A stretch of DNA of 34,941 nucleotides from Patescibacteria group bacterium (GCA_049297375.1 JBAQUF010000007.1:1-34941); one strand, 5' to 3'. Shown: positions 17,004 to 25,927, counted from the stretch's first letter. The notes: generated from the letters alone by a model not told the origin. Translations and numbers: made by a program.

Positions 17004-17086
17004 TGGTGGGCGAGAGAGGACTCGAACCTCCACCCTTTCGGATACGGTCCTAAGCCGTACGCGTATGCCAATTCCGCCACTCGCCC
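17004..17086 (-). tRNA. tRNA-Leu (anticodon TAG), CCA encoded
   Basis: The reverse complement GGGCGAGTGGCGGAATTGGCATACGCGTACGGCTTAGGACCGTATCCGAAAGGGTGGAGGTTCGAGTCCTCTCTCGCCCACCA has anticodon loop CTTAGGA and a long variable arm. Confidence 0.9.
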
Positions 17087-17105
17087 TAAGTATCTATGAT
17101 TATAT

Positions 17106-17137
17106 TAAAAAGAGGCTCATTTTACGAGCCTCTTTTT
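17106..17137 (-). terminator. rho-independent terminator (symmetric A/T flanks, potentially bidirectional)
   Basis: 8-bp stem agaggctc/gagcctct (17111-17118 with 17126-17133), flanked by aaaa on one side and ttttt on the other. It lies directly after the stop at 17141. Confidence 0.8.
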
Positions 17138-17140
17138 AAG

Positions 17141-17707
17141 TTAACTTGCAAACTGAACTTCAGATCCAGCTTGTTTAAAGCTATCAATCTTATCAATAAA
17201 GAATGTAACTCCATTTCTCCAGTTAACGTAGTTTGGAGGAGTGTATACAGGAGCTATCTTTTCAGGAGTATCAAGTCCTTTTTCAAGATAGTTTTCTTTT
17301 ATACCCTTTGCTACTGTTTCAATAGCTTCATCATATGATTCAAAGTAAATTGCATTATCTCCATATATACCCCATCCAAATGGATTATATGAACCTTCAA
17401 TTAATTTCTTTCCACAAGAAGACTCCATACAAGAAATAGCAGGTAGAAGCTTGTAATCAATATTATACTTATCTGCTACATCAACAAATGTTCCAGCATT
17501 AGCCTTTAGAGGAGATTTAAATTCATCAAAGAACTTCTCTAAAGCTTCTACTCTATCTTTTCTACTTCTTTGTATTTCTCTATCTAGAACGTCTACAGAA
17601 ACCTCATTTTGCTTATTTTTAATAGAAACATTAGAAGCTGCAGTTACAAGGTAAACAAGAACAAAAGGTAATATATTAACTTGTAGTATTAAGCTTTTCT
17701 TAGTCAT
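17141..17707 (-). CDS. secreted/anchored protein with lysozyme- or transglycosylase-like C-terminal domain (paralog of 18653-19450)
   Basis: I prefer the ATG at 17707 (MTKKSLILQVNILPFVLVYLV..., a signal or anchor) to the TTG at 17746. The C-terminal domain carries AISCMESSCGKK, NPFGWGIYGD and YTPP motifs shared with the paralog. Confidence 0.7.
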   Translation of the reverse strand: MTKKSLILQVNILPFVLVYLVTAASNVSIKNKQNEVSVDVLDREIQRSRKDRVEALEKFFDEFKSPLKANAGTFVDVADKYNIDYKLLPAISCMESSCGKKLIEGSYNPFGWGIYGDNAIYFESYDEAIETVAKGIKENYLEKGLDTPEKIAPVYTPPNYVNWRNGVTFFIDKIDSFKQAGSEVQFAS

Positions 17708-17788
17708 ACAAGGGTAAATGCTACCATAGAACCTATCTTTTATCAACTGCTATAGGGTGGTAGAAATAACAAAAATGAGAAACTTTGA

Positions 17789-18649
17789 TTAAATTACAGT
17801 AAGGTAAACACCTGCAATTATCAAAATTGAAGCAATAATCTTCTTTAAAGGATCCTTCTTTTCATTCATGAAAATATAGGAAAGCAATACATTTAGAAAT
17901 ATTCCTACCGCTTGAAGAGGTACTATAGTAGTAATTTTGCCTAATTGAAATGATCTTAAAGAAAAGATAATTAGAAGTCCCCAACTTAAGCTCATTAACC
18001 AACAGTATTTCTTGTTACCAAGTTTGTATTCAATTAAAAGTTCTGAGGGTTTAATTCTTTCAGCAACTAGAATAAATATTGAAGGAACCACTAAGGTAAT
18101 AGCTATATAGATAGGAAGATTAAACTGAGCTGATATTCCAATATCTATAGATAATGCAATTGCGTAAGCTATAGTTGATAGTATTCCCATTACAACGTAC
18201 TTGTTTATTTCAAATTTATTTCCTTTGTATAGGACAATAAAGTTACTAAAAAGTATTAAAACCCCTCCAATAATTTTTAATAGTGAAATAGATTCATGAA
18301 AAACAAGAAGTCCTATTATTATTAAAAAGACACTTGAAAGTTCTCCAATTATAGATATTAGTGATACTTCAATGTGCTTTCTTGAGGTAGTTTGAAGTCT
18401 ATCGTTTAGCGCATAAAAAACACAAGCTACTAAAAGCAGAATTATTGTTCTTGGGTTAATAGAAAAGTTGTATTTAAACAAAGGAGATATGAATAATAAG
18501 ATAAATCCAGCCATTAGCTGTAGCATTGCTGTAACAGCTCCGTCATTTTTTGTATTCTTTACAGCTAGCTTATAAAAAGGGGCAAATATAACCACACATA
18601 CCAAATAAGCGACGACATTGAATTGCCAAGTGTTTACTAGATTAAACAT
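17789..18649 (-). CDS. DMT/EamA-family transporter
   Basis: 286 aa with about 10 TM helices in a two-fold repeat layout typical of EamA. It starts 3 nt after the upstream stop. Confidence 0.8.
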   Translation of the reverse strand: MFNLVNTWQFNVVAYLVCVVIFAPFYKLAVKNTKNDGAVTAMLQLMAGFILLFISPLFKYNFSINPRTIILLLVACVFYALNDRLQTTSRKHIEVSLISIIGELSSVFLIIIGLLVFHESISLLKIIGGVLILFSNFIVLYKGNKFEINKYVVMGILSTIAYAIALSIDIGISAQFNLPIYIAITLVVPSIFILVAERIKPSELLIEYKLGNKKYCWLMSLSWGLLIIFSLRSFQLGKITTIVPLQAVGIFLNVLLSYIFMNEKKDPLKKIIASILIIAGVYLTVI

Positions 18650-18652
18650 AAC

Positions 18653-19450
18653 TTACTTACTTTCTGGGCTTTTATAGTTCTTAATAATATCTGCAAAATG
18701 ATTAACTCCGTCACACCATGACCCATCGGATGGAGGTGTATATGTTTTCATTATTTCACATGTATCTGTTATACCTTTTGAAAAGAACTTAGTTGAAAGA
18801 TACTTTGATACAGTTTCTATACCTCTTGCCCAATTATCAAATGAAAATGTTATATCTCCATATACTGCCCAACCCCATGCATTGTATGTTTCCATACCAT
18901 TTACCTTGGGGGTATTTTTCCCACAGCTTGATTCTTGAAAAGCAATAGAAGCAACAAGCCACCATGGAATATCATTCTTATCTGCTTCATATACAAATAC
19001 ATCACCCATTCCTTCAAGAGGACAATTAAACATCTTAAATACTTCATTTATCTTTTGAGCTCTGGAATCTTTTGAATAAATAGTTGTTGTTGATTGTGAA
19101 AGAACAAGAGGTTTAGATGAGTATATTGCATATTTTGTTATATCTTGTGGTTTGGCTTTTTGAGGAGTAATCATTAAAGTTGTTAAGAAAGCAAAAATAA
19201 AAACTACAGAAACAGAAGCCCATACTGCAGTTACATTTCTGTTTACTATATTAGGTTTTATTCTTGATTTTATCTTTGAAATTAAAGTTTCTTTACTTAA
19301 AACAAGTGAGGTTGTAGTTTGTACATCAAATAGTGAAGTTAAAGTATCTTTCTTTTGATTCACCTTCTCTAACCATTCTTTTTTTGGCTCTTTTATTTTT
19401 AGTTTCTTTCCGTTTTTATAAAAAAACTTTCTAGAAATATTTGATTCCAT
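18653..19450 (-). CDS. membrane-anchored protein with lysozyme- or transglycosylase-like C-terminal domain (paralog of 17141-17707)
   Basis: 265 aa with a basic N-terminus, one TM helix (AVWASVSVVFIFAFLTTLMI), then SIAFQESSCGKN, NAWGWAVYGD and YTPP motifs. Confidence 0.7.
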   Translation of the reverse strand: MESNISRKFFYKNGKKLKIKEPKKEWLEKVNQKKDTLTSLFDVQTTTSLVLSKETLISKIKSRIKPNIVNRNVTAVWASVSVVFIFAFLTTLMITPQKAKPQDITKYAIYSSKPLVLSQSTTTIYSKDSRAQKINEVFKMFNCPLEGMGDVFVYEADKNDIPWWLVASIAFQESSCGKNTPKVNGMETYNAWGWAVYGDITFSFDNWARGIETVSKYLSTKFFSKGITDTCEIMKTYTPPSDGSWCDGVNHFADIIKNYKSPESK

Positions 19451-19518
19451 ATTGTTAGGTTACATTACCATATGTATTAAAAATTATTCAAGATGACAAA
19501 TGTACATACTTTAGATAA

Positions 19519-19554
19519 ATAAAAATTAGCCGCCTTTGGTAAAGAAAAACGGCT
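19519..19554 (-). terminator. rho-independent terminator after the 149-aa gene
   Basis: On the - strand: agccgttttt/aaaggcggct stem (10 bp, two G-U pairs), 7-nt loop, followed by aatttttattt. Confidence 0.7.
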
Positions 19555-19561
19555 ACTTGTT

Positions 19562-20011
19562 TTATTTGTACACATGCATGTTTGTACCAATTTCTTTTAT
19601 CAGTTTTGATTTAGGTGTTACTGGGTAAGTTCCAATACCTCTGTTACAGAAATATATTATGAAAGTCACAGGTCCGTACTCTTTACCTTCTTTTAAAATG
19701 AAATTCATTTCATCTTCTGTGTGCAAGTCTGGAAATATCTTGCTTATTTTCTCCCAAAACTTAACTATTCTTTTTGACTTTTCTTGAGCATTTCCTTCTG
19801 TAACACCAGCATGTACTAACCCAACTTTCTCTTCAATTTCTGGGTCGCCGGCAAGGAACTTTTTTACTTCTTCTTCTGTAATTCCAACCATTGCTGTTAA
19901 CCATGCTCTACCTACTGCTTCTTGATCTTCTGTTGATGCTGCTTTTGCCAGAGTTTTCCACTTGTTTTCTATCTTTTCTTCCTTTCCTTTATTTTTTATC
20001 TTTTGACACAA
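19562..20011 (-). CDS. hypothetical protein (start uncertain, TTG)
   Basis: 149 aa with no TM segment and no recognised family. It is co-directional with, and 55 nt downstream of, the HExxH gene. The only upstream in-frame start is TTG, and there is no SD. Confidence 0.5.
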   Translation of the reverse strand: MCQKIKNKGKEEKIENKWKTLAKAASTEDQEAVGRAWLTAMVGITEEEVKKFLAGDPEIEEKVGLVHAGVTEGNAQEKSKRIVKFWEKISKIFPDLHTEDEMNFILKEGKEYGPVTFIIYFCNRGIGTYPVTPKSKLIKEIGTNMHVYK

Positions 20012-20066
20012 TATATCAGATAAATTTAAAGGCTCAAGAGTTTATATAATTAAGTGGATATGTGTA

Positions 20067-21314
20067 CTAGTGAGTTTGCTTAGTTTTGAGATTTTCTTTT
20101 GCACTATACCACTCTGTTAACTGCATCTTATTTAAGAATCTATAGAACCAAGTACTATCGTATTTTGATAATTCACTATCTAAATGTTCTAAAAAGCCTA
20201 ATAAATTGCTATTTAAGTAGTATTCTAGGAAATTATCTAGCCCTAATGCATCTACTACTTTTGCTAGCTCTGCTGTCTCAGTGTTGTAGGCTGTCATTAT
20301 AGAAGCAACAGAACTTTTACTTTCCAGGGTATTTGCAATGTTTCTAACAATTCCTGAGGTTTTAGATCCTACTTCTTGGTAGTTAATAGGCTCTGAGTTT
20401 TTTAAAAATGGAATAGCAATTTCTGTAAGGAGGGTTGCAGATGCCTCATCAATATTTTTGGGAACAACATTAATATATAAACCAGTATCTTTTCCTGTTT
20501 CTTCCTTTATGCCAAAACCATGTGCTAAATATTCTTTTTCTTTTCCCATTTCATCTAATGTTCTAATAGACCTACCTTTAGTAATTGCATGCATAATTTC
20601 ATGAATAAGAAAACCACCAGATTTAACGTTAATTTGGTTTTCTATAACATTTGTTTTCTTGTTTATTATCCCTTCATTGTTGTACTCAAGCACTATTGTT
20701 GAAGGTTGTTCTTCTTTGTTAAGTATTGTTACTGCTGCTATATTTGATTCAATAGGATTTGTTACTCCATGGTGTTTTAAGATATCAAAAAAGCTACTAT
20801 TATCCAAGACAAGAATCTTTATTTCTTTCTGGCTACTTGAAAGTTTGATGTTGAAAATCTTTTCTATGATGTTAATTTCTTCATTACCTTTTTCTTGTAC
20901 TTTTTCTATTGCTGAAGTTAGATTATTCTTACATCTTTCGTATATATCCCATGCATATAGTGGATTATCTTTGATCCTTTCTGCTTCTTCTTTAACTACT
21001 GTATTGTAAATAGGTCTATTGTTTATCCTATCAAATGAAGTTATCTCATTTGAAAGTGTGTAAGAAAATAAGTCTTTGTTTTCAAATCCACACCTTGATA
21101 TTCTAAGAAGCTTATCTGTACAAGTAGATATGTTTGCCCAGGGTAGAGGTTTTTCTTTACCTTCTTTAAAATCTTCAAATCTTCTGCTGAACTTTTCATA
21201 ATCAGCTCTAGCATCTTCTTTTATTACTTCAGTATTTTTTCCAGTAGGAAAACTATCAAAGTTATAGAGGTTTCTTGATATTGGTAGTTTCTCTGAATTG
21301 TTCATCTCTTTCAC
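20067..21314 (-). CDS. HExxH zinc-metallopeptidase-like protein, no signal peptide
   Basis: 415 aa with the motif GGFLIHEIMHAITKG at about residue 235. The tracked start is GTG at 21314, and ATG at 21305 is an alternative. Candidate promoter: TTGTGG, 17 nt spacer, TATAAT just upstream. Confidence 0.65.
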   Translation of the reverse strand: MKEMNNSEKLPISRNLYNFDSFPTGKNTEVIKEDARADYEKFSRRFEDFKEGKEKPLPWANISTCTDKLLRISRCGFENKDLFSYTLSNEITSFDRINNRPIYNTVVKEEAERIKDNPLYAWDIYERCKNNLTSAIEKVQEKGNEEINIIEKIFNIKLSSSQKEIKILVLDNSSFFDILKHHGVTNPIESNIAAVTILNKEEQPSTIVLEYNNEGIINKKTNVIENQINVKSGGFLIHEIMHAITKGRSIRTLDEMGKEKEYLAHGFGIKEETGKDTGLYINVVPKNIDEASATLLTEIAIPFLKNSEPINYQEVGSKTSGIVRNIANTLESKSSVASIMTAYNTETAELAKVVDALGLDNFLEYYLNSNLLGFLEHLDSELSKYDSTWFYRFLNKMQLTEWYSAKENLKTKQTH

Positions 21315-21444
21315 AGTGATAATTATAATTATATAAATTTATTACCACAATGAATAAGATTATTAAGAAATGTACTTGCTAGGTTGGTTTAATGATTAAC
21401 TATAGCGGATTATGTTTGCAACTTTTTTAATTGTACGTGAGTTA

Positions 21445-21453
21445 TGGTATAAT
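21445..21453 (+). promoter_or_regulatory. extended -10 (TGgTATAAT) for the 155-aa gene
   Basis: TG is at 21445-21446 and TATAAT at 21448-21453, about 55 nt upstream of the SD-preceded ATG at 21509. Confidence 0.5.
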
Positions 21454-21508
21454 AGCCTATAATAATATAAGACATATTGATATCTATTCAAATGATTGGA
21501 GAGAACAA

Positions 21509-21976
21509 ATGGAAAAAATGGAAATTGCTGTGGTTGATTTGGCGAGAAAGGCGCTTGTAGGAATGGTTCATAAGCGCCAGGAGTTGAACCATCATGGGGG
21601 TATAGCTGTTATGTTCGGTCAAAAAACTCTTGTAGATGAGCTTCGCTCGGGAAAGATTACGGACGTACTTTTTCAACCTGTTTTTGAAGTGGACCAAATT
21701 ATGCGGTCTTCTTCTAAGGATCCTAATGTTTTTCATAACTTTCCTATGACCGCTGCAGGCAAGCTTTGGCAGATGGTGCGAACTGGTAGGCCAAGTGGTC
21801 CAGAGGATGTCATTTCTGGAGAACCTGAGTGGGAAGGTGGAGTTATCACTGAGTGGGGGGACTTCTATGTCTTCTTTTCCTTTAGCGGTGGCCCACCAGA
21901 AGAAGATGTAAAGATTGCTCAAGCTGGAATAGCTACATTGCCAGACTATCATGCATGGGTAGCGGCTTTGGGATGA
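21509..21976 (+). CDS. G+C-richer orphan; weak resemblance to GlcG/DUF336 proteins
   Basis: I prefer the ATG at 21509 (GGAGAG 5 nt upstream) to the tracked 21431 start. The C-terminal GGVITEWGDFYVFFSFSGGPPEEDVKIAQAGIA resembles the GG...G.iGvSGg..e.De..A motif of DUF336. A + strand promoter and terminator bracket the gene. Confidence 0.6.
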   Translation: MEKMEIAVVDLARKALVGMVHKRQELNHHGGIAVMFGQKTLVDELRSGKITDVLFQPVFEVDQIMRSSSKDPNVFHNFPMTAAGKLWQMVRTGRPSGPEDVISGEPEWEGGVITEWGDFYVFFSFSGGPPEEDVKIAQAGIATLPDYHAWVAALG

Positions 21977-21992
21977 TCTTTATCTGAATCTT

Positions 21993-22040
21993 AAAAACGT
22001 CGAAATCGGTAATATGGATGGTTTCGACGTTTTTTTGTTT
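21993..22040 (+). terminator. rho-independent terminator
   Basis: 10-bp stem aacgtcgaaa/tttcgacgtt (21996-22005 with 22022-22031), followed by tttttgttt. Confidence 0.8.
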
Positions 22041-22093
22041 GTGAAATTTCAATTGATACCTACGTCTTGATTTTGCGAGTGTAAATAAAATCC

Positions 22094-22170
22094 CTGGTCG
22101 GGGTGACAGGACTCGAACCTGCGACCTCACGGTCCCAAACCGTGCACTCTAGCCAACTGAGCTACACCCC
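22094..22170 (-). tRNA. tRNA-Pro (anticodon TGG), CCA encoded
   Basis: The reverse complement is CGGGGTGTAGCTCAGTTGGCTAGAGTGCACGGTTTGGGACCGTGAGGTCGCAGGTTCGAGTCCTGTCACCCCGACCA. The anticodon loop is TTTGGGA. Confidence 0.92.
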
Positions 22171-22214
22171 GTTATTTTAGTATTTTACTATAAAAACAAT
22201 CTAAAAGAAGCTCT

Positions 22215-22901
22215 TTAGAAATGCTTAATCCAATCATTCAAAATAATATCAAATGGCTCTGATTCATACTCATCTCTAACATTATGTATAAGATCCACAA
22301 TATGAAGTTTTACTGTGTAAGTACATAATTGATCCTTGGTACAAACAGAAGCCGTAGTGTCTTTTTTACTAATGTTTCTAGAAAACTCTGAAATTACAAA
22401 TACATCATTATCAATAAAGTAAGCTCTATCAAAGTAACAATTTGCTCTAGTTGAACAATCAAGAATTCTTGCATCAATAATCTTATCTTCCTTTAATCCA
22501 TACAGTCTTACTTGATTGGAAAGAATTTTACCTCTATCGGTATCTCTGTAATCTACAAAAATTCTTCCACTTGGGGAAAATGCTACCTTTTTAATATCTT
22601 TATGGGAACTTAAAACGCTCTCAAATTCTTCTTTCTTTCCCAGTTCATCAATTGAACTTACTGTCATCCATGTTGTGTTGTAGATTTCATTTGATTCTTT
22701 TAATTTAAATTCATCAGCTTCAATAACAAGTCCTTTATTTTTTAAGTTGGTAATCCATCTTTGAAACATATTGTCATTTTCAATATCAGATGGAAGTTTT
22801 GATTTATCTATAGCTTTTTGCTGCTTAATATTAGAAAAGACTCCAGCCCCAACAGCTACAAATATTAGAACCACTAGAGCAACATTTATGTATCTTTTCA
22901 T
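22215..22901 (-). CDS. membrane-anchored hypothetical protein
   Basis: I prefer the ATG at 22901 (MKRYINVALVVLIFVAVGAGVF..., an N-terminal anchor) to the TTG at 22943. The remainder is a soluble domain of unknown family. Confidence 0.6.
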   Translation of the reverse strand: MKRYINVALVVLIFVAVGAGVFSNIKQQKAIDKSKLPSDIENDNMFQRWITNLKNKGLVIEADEFKLKESNEIYNTTWMTVSSIDELGKKEEFESVLSSHKDIKKVAFSPSGRIFVDYRDTDRGKILSNQVRLYGLKEDKIIDARILDCSTRANCYFDRAYFIDNDVFVISEFSRNISKKDTTASVCTKDQLCTYTVKLHIVDLIHNVRDEYESEPFDIILNDWIKHF

Positions 22902-22984
22902 ATGGTAATAATACCTCATTAATAGTAAGTGTTTAAATTCCAAGTTATAATTTGTATACAGTATTAATTAATGGCTGATAGATA

Positions 22985-24556
22985 ATGAATAAGGTATTTG
23001 AATACATAAAAAGAAAAGTATCTATAGTAGAGCTTTCAACCCTGCTTCTGTTTGTTATCTTTATTCCTCTAATATCAAAAGTAACTTTCATGCAAAATGA
23101 TGACTGGAATAGAACCACTAGCATAATCAGATTTCTCAAAGGAGACTTTTCCTTAATTCAAAAAACAGCTACAACCTTTTATACTCAAGGCATTCTTGGA
23201 TATCTCTTTTCCCTTGTTTTTGGATGGGAAAAACTTCCTTTTCTAACGCTAGTGTTTTCTGTTTTTAACTTTTACCTCTTAGCAAAGATATTGTTAGATT
23301 ATTTTAATTTGTCTAAAGTAAAATCTTGTATTTTGTCTCTTCTTCTTTTCTTTACTCCTCTTCATATGTACTCAGTTATTGGATTTATGACAGAAAACTA
23401 TACTTTGTTTTTCATTCTTCTTTCTATTTACTTCTTTTTGTCTTATGAAAAGAACTTAAAGTTAAAGAATCTTATTTTGTTTAATGTTGGAGGAATCTTT
23501 GCATTCTTCTCCAAACAAAATGGAATAATAATTCAAGTAGCTTCTATTCCTTACTTTATCTTTAAAAAAAGATACAAAGAAGCTTTAATACAAACATTAT
23601 TTATTCTTTCTACGTTTAGCTACTATTACTTTCTATTCCCAAGAACAAATGAAATGAGAGATAAAGACTTCCTTTTTACAAATATCTTAAATACTCAATA
23701 TTCTTACTCTTTAGTTTATGGAATTATGTTGGTAGTTTCTTCTTTTATTCTTCCTATTCTAATTAATTTTGTTCTAAGCTCATATCTTGAGATTAAAAAG
23801 AATATTAAATTAATCGCAGTATTGTTAATTTCCTCGGCTCTTTGTTTTATCTTCTTAAATAAATGGTTTACCCCAGGAAAGATATCGTGGGAAGAGTACC
23901 CATACTTTGAAAATACATTTGAAAGAACAGGATTCTTTCCAAGATCTATTTCTGGTACTAAGTATCAATTTAAGTATAACTATGATTTGTATAGATATTG
24001 GGATTTAGCTTCAAAAATACTACTGAGCTTGACTATTCCGTGTCTTTTTCTTTATAAAAAAAGACTTGTAAATGTATACTCAATATCTATCTTGGGATAT
24101 ATAGTTTTAATGATTTTTGTTAAAACATTTTTTGACAGATACCTTCTTCCCCTTATTCCTTTGTTTATTCTTTTCTTTTTCTACATTAGACCACCAGACC
24201 TTAATGTATCTAGAAAATTATCAAGAATGTTTTCTTTAACCACCTTTCTTTTTGTGGCGTTTACTGCATTTTTATCAATACAAATGTCTATTGATTTTGT
24301 ATTAACCAATAACTACGTATGGGAAAAGAGTGAAAGCTTAGTAAACAATGGAATTTCTCCAGAACATATTAAAGCAACAATGGCTTGGGAGAAAGTTTAT
24401 GGAGTATCTAGTAAACCAGAGTACCTGTTTTCATTTGATGATTTTAATAAAAACCCGGAATTGTATAGTACACACACTTTAGTGGAAGATAAGATATTTA
24501 CATACCCAGGTAACATATTCATAGACTCTGTTGTTTACCTGTATAAGGCAAAGTAG
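22985..24556 (+). CDS. GT-C fold membrane glycosyltransferase-like protein (ArnT/PMT_2-like)
   Basis: 523 aa with more than 10 TM helices, an early loop with an acidic DD pair (FMQNDDWNR) and a C-terminal soluble domain. This is the architecture of family 39/83 glycosyltransferases. Confidence 0.65.
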   Translation: MNKVFEYIKRKVSIVELSTLLLFVIFIPLISKVTFMQNDDWNRTTSIIRFLKGDFSLIQKTATTFYTQGILGYLFSLVFGWEKLPFLTLVFSVFNFYLLAKILLDYFNLSKVKSCILSLLLFFTPLHMYSVIGFMTENYTLFFILLSIYFFLSYEKNLKLKNLILFNVGGIFAFFSKQNGIIIQVASIPYFIFKKRYKEALIQTLFILSTFSYYYFLFPRTNEMRDKDFLFTNILNTQYSYSLVYGIMLVVSSFILPILINFVLSSYLEIKKNIKLIAVLLISSALCFIFLNKWFTPGKISWEEYPYFENTFERTGFFPRSISGTKYQFKYNYDLYRYWDLASKILLSLTIPCLFLYKKRLVNVYSISILGYIVLMIFVKTFFDRYLLPLIPLFILFFFYIRPPDLNVSRKLSRMFSLTTFLFVAFTAFLSIQMSIDFVLTNNYVWEKSESLVNNGISPEHIKATMAWEKVYGVSSKPEYLFSFDDFNKNPELYSTHTLVEDKIFTYPGNIFIDSVVYLYKAK

Positions 24557-24683
24557 CTCTTTTCATACTTGGAACCTATAGCTCATTGCACCCATGTCTC
24601 AAAGATGCTACACTTCACTGTTCAAATAACTCTTAATAGTGCTGATGGTTACCTTATCTAATCTTCCCACTAAATGAATAAAC

Positions 24684-25904
24684 ATGAGAAATAAAAGGTC
24701 TAAATATAATAATAGTTCCAAATTTAATGGCAGAAATGCTGGTAATAGGCGTTCTTTTAATAAAAGAAAGATAAAAGTATGGGAAGTAAGTGAATTAATG
24801 CGTGTGGTAGAGCGTGATGGAGTTAAAAATACTGAAGGTAGTCTAAGCAATGTTTCTACTGAAGAAACCTCTAATTCATTTGAAGATTTTGGAGTTTCTA
24901 AACAAATATTAACTAATATTAAAGCCAGAGGTTACACAAAACCTACTCCTATCCAAGATAAGGCAATTCCTGTAATTACTTCAGGAAAAGATTTAATAGG
25001 TAATGCAAATACAGGTACAGGTAAAACTTCTGCCTTTTTAATACCTCTAATAGATAAAGTTTTTAAAAACAAAAATGAAAAAGTGCTAATTATCACTCCA
25101 ACTAGAGAATTAGCAGTACAAATATATGATGAGTTTAGATCCTTATCAACTGGTATGGGAATATACACAGCTACTTGTATTGGTGGTGCTAATATGCGTA
25201 AACAAATTAGTGAACTTAGAAAAACACCTAACTTTGTAATTGGTACACCAGGAAGATTAAAAGATTTAATTAAACACAATTTTCTTAATTTATCAAAGTT
25301 TAATAATGTTGTACTAGATGAAGCTGATCTTATGGTTGATATAGGTTTTGTAACTGAAATTAAATACTTTATATCTTTACTGCCTCAGAAGAGACAATCC
25401 TTCTTCTTTTCAGCAACATTTCCAGCTAAAGTTGAAGATATCATTAGATCCTTTGTTAAAAATCCAGTCAAAATAAATGTGAAAAATAGAGATACTGCAG
25501 AAAATGTTGAACAAATAGTTGTAAGGACAAACGGTCAAAAGAAAATTGAAGTGTTGGATAGGACTTTAAAACAGAGTGGTTTTGATAAAGTACTAATATT
25601 TGGGAGGACTAAACATGGGGTTCAAGATCTTTCTAATGAATTAATAAGTAGAGGATTTAAAGCTGGAGCGATACATGGAAACAAGAGACAAAGTCAAAGA
25701 CTCCAAATTTTAAACAAATTCAAAAAGAATGAAATAGATATACTTTTAGCAACAGATGTAGCTTCAAGAGGATTAGATATTGATAATGTTAGTCATGTAA
25801 TAAACTATGATATGCCCGAGTCTTATGAAAACTATATTCACAGAATTGGAAGGACAGGAAGAGCTGATAAAAAAGGTTCTGCACTAACTTTTGTGGAATG
25901 TTAA
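24684..25904 (+). CDS. DEAD-box ATP-dependent RNA helicase with basic N-terminal extension
   Basis: Q motif GYTKPTPIQ, motif I ANTGTGKTSAF, Ia PTRELA, II DEAD, III SAT, VI HRIGRTGRA. Confidence 0.93.
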   Translation: MRNKRSKYNNSSKFNGRNAGNRRSFNKRKIKVWEVSELMRVVERDGVKNTEGSLSNVSTEETSNSFEDFGVSKQILTNIKARGYTKPTPIQDKAIPVITSGKDLIGNANTGTGKTSAFLIPLIDKVFKNKNEKVLIITPTRELAVQIYDEFRSLSTGMGIYTATCIGGANMRKQISELRKTPNFVIGTPGRLKDLIKHNFLNLSKFNNVVLDEADLMVDIGFVTEIKYFISLLPQKRQSFFFSATFPAKVEDIIRSFVKNPVKINVKNRDTAENVEQIVVRTNGQKKIEVLDRTLKQSGFDKVLIFGRTKHGVQDLSNELISRGFKAGAIHGNKRQSQRLQILNKFKKNEIDILLATDVASRGLDIDNVSHVINYDMPESYENYIHRIGRTGRADKKGSALTFVEC

Positions 25905-25927
25905 TTAAGGTTAGTTAAGAAAAAGAT

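Noticed and set aside
16830-17099. Tracked ORFs that run through tRNA genes (16830-17099 +, 21933-22130 -, 31531-31779 +)
   Set aside because: Each overlaps a well-folding tRNA (Leu-TAG, Pro-TGG, Gly-TCC). None has an SD or any recognisable protein features, so they are treated as spurious.
21488-21952. 154-aa ORF on the - strand, fully overlapping the + strand 21509-21976 gene
   Set aside because: The + strand ORF has a promoter-like extended -10, a GGAGAG SD, a plausible conserved C-terminal motif and a strong + strand terminator. The - strand ORF has none of these and reads as low-complexity Ser/Leu/His-rich sequence. It stays open only because the locus is G+C-richer.
21431-22170. Calling the tRNA-Pro and tRNA-Gly adjacent genes integrated mobile elements
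   Set aside because: There is no integrase or recombinase, no direct repeat of the tRNA 3' end, and each 'island' is a single gene. They are kept as a compositional and positional observation only.
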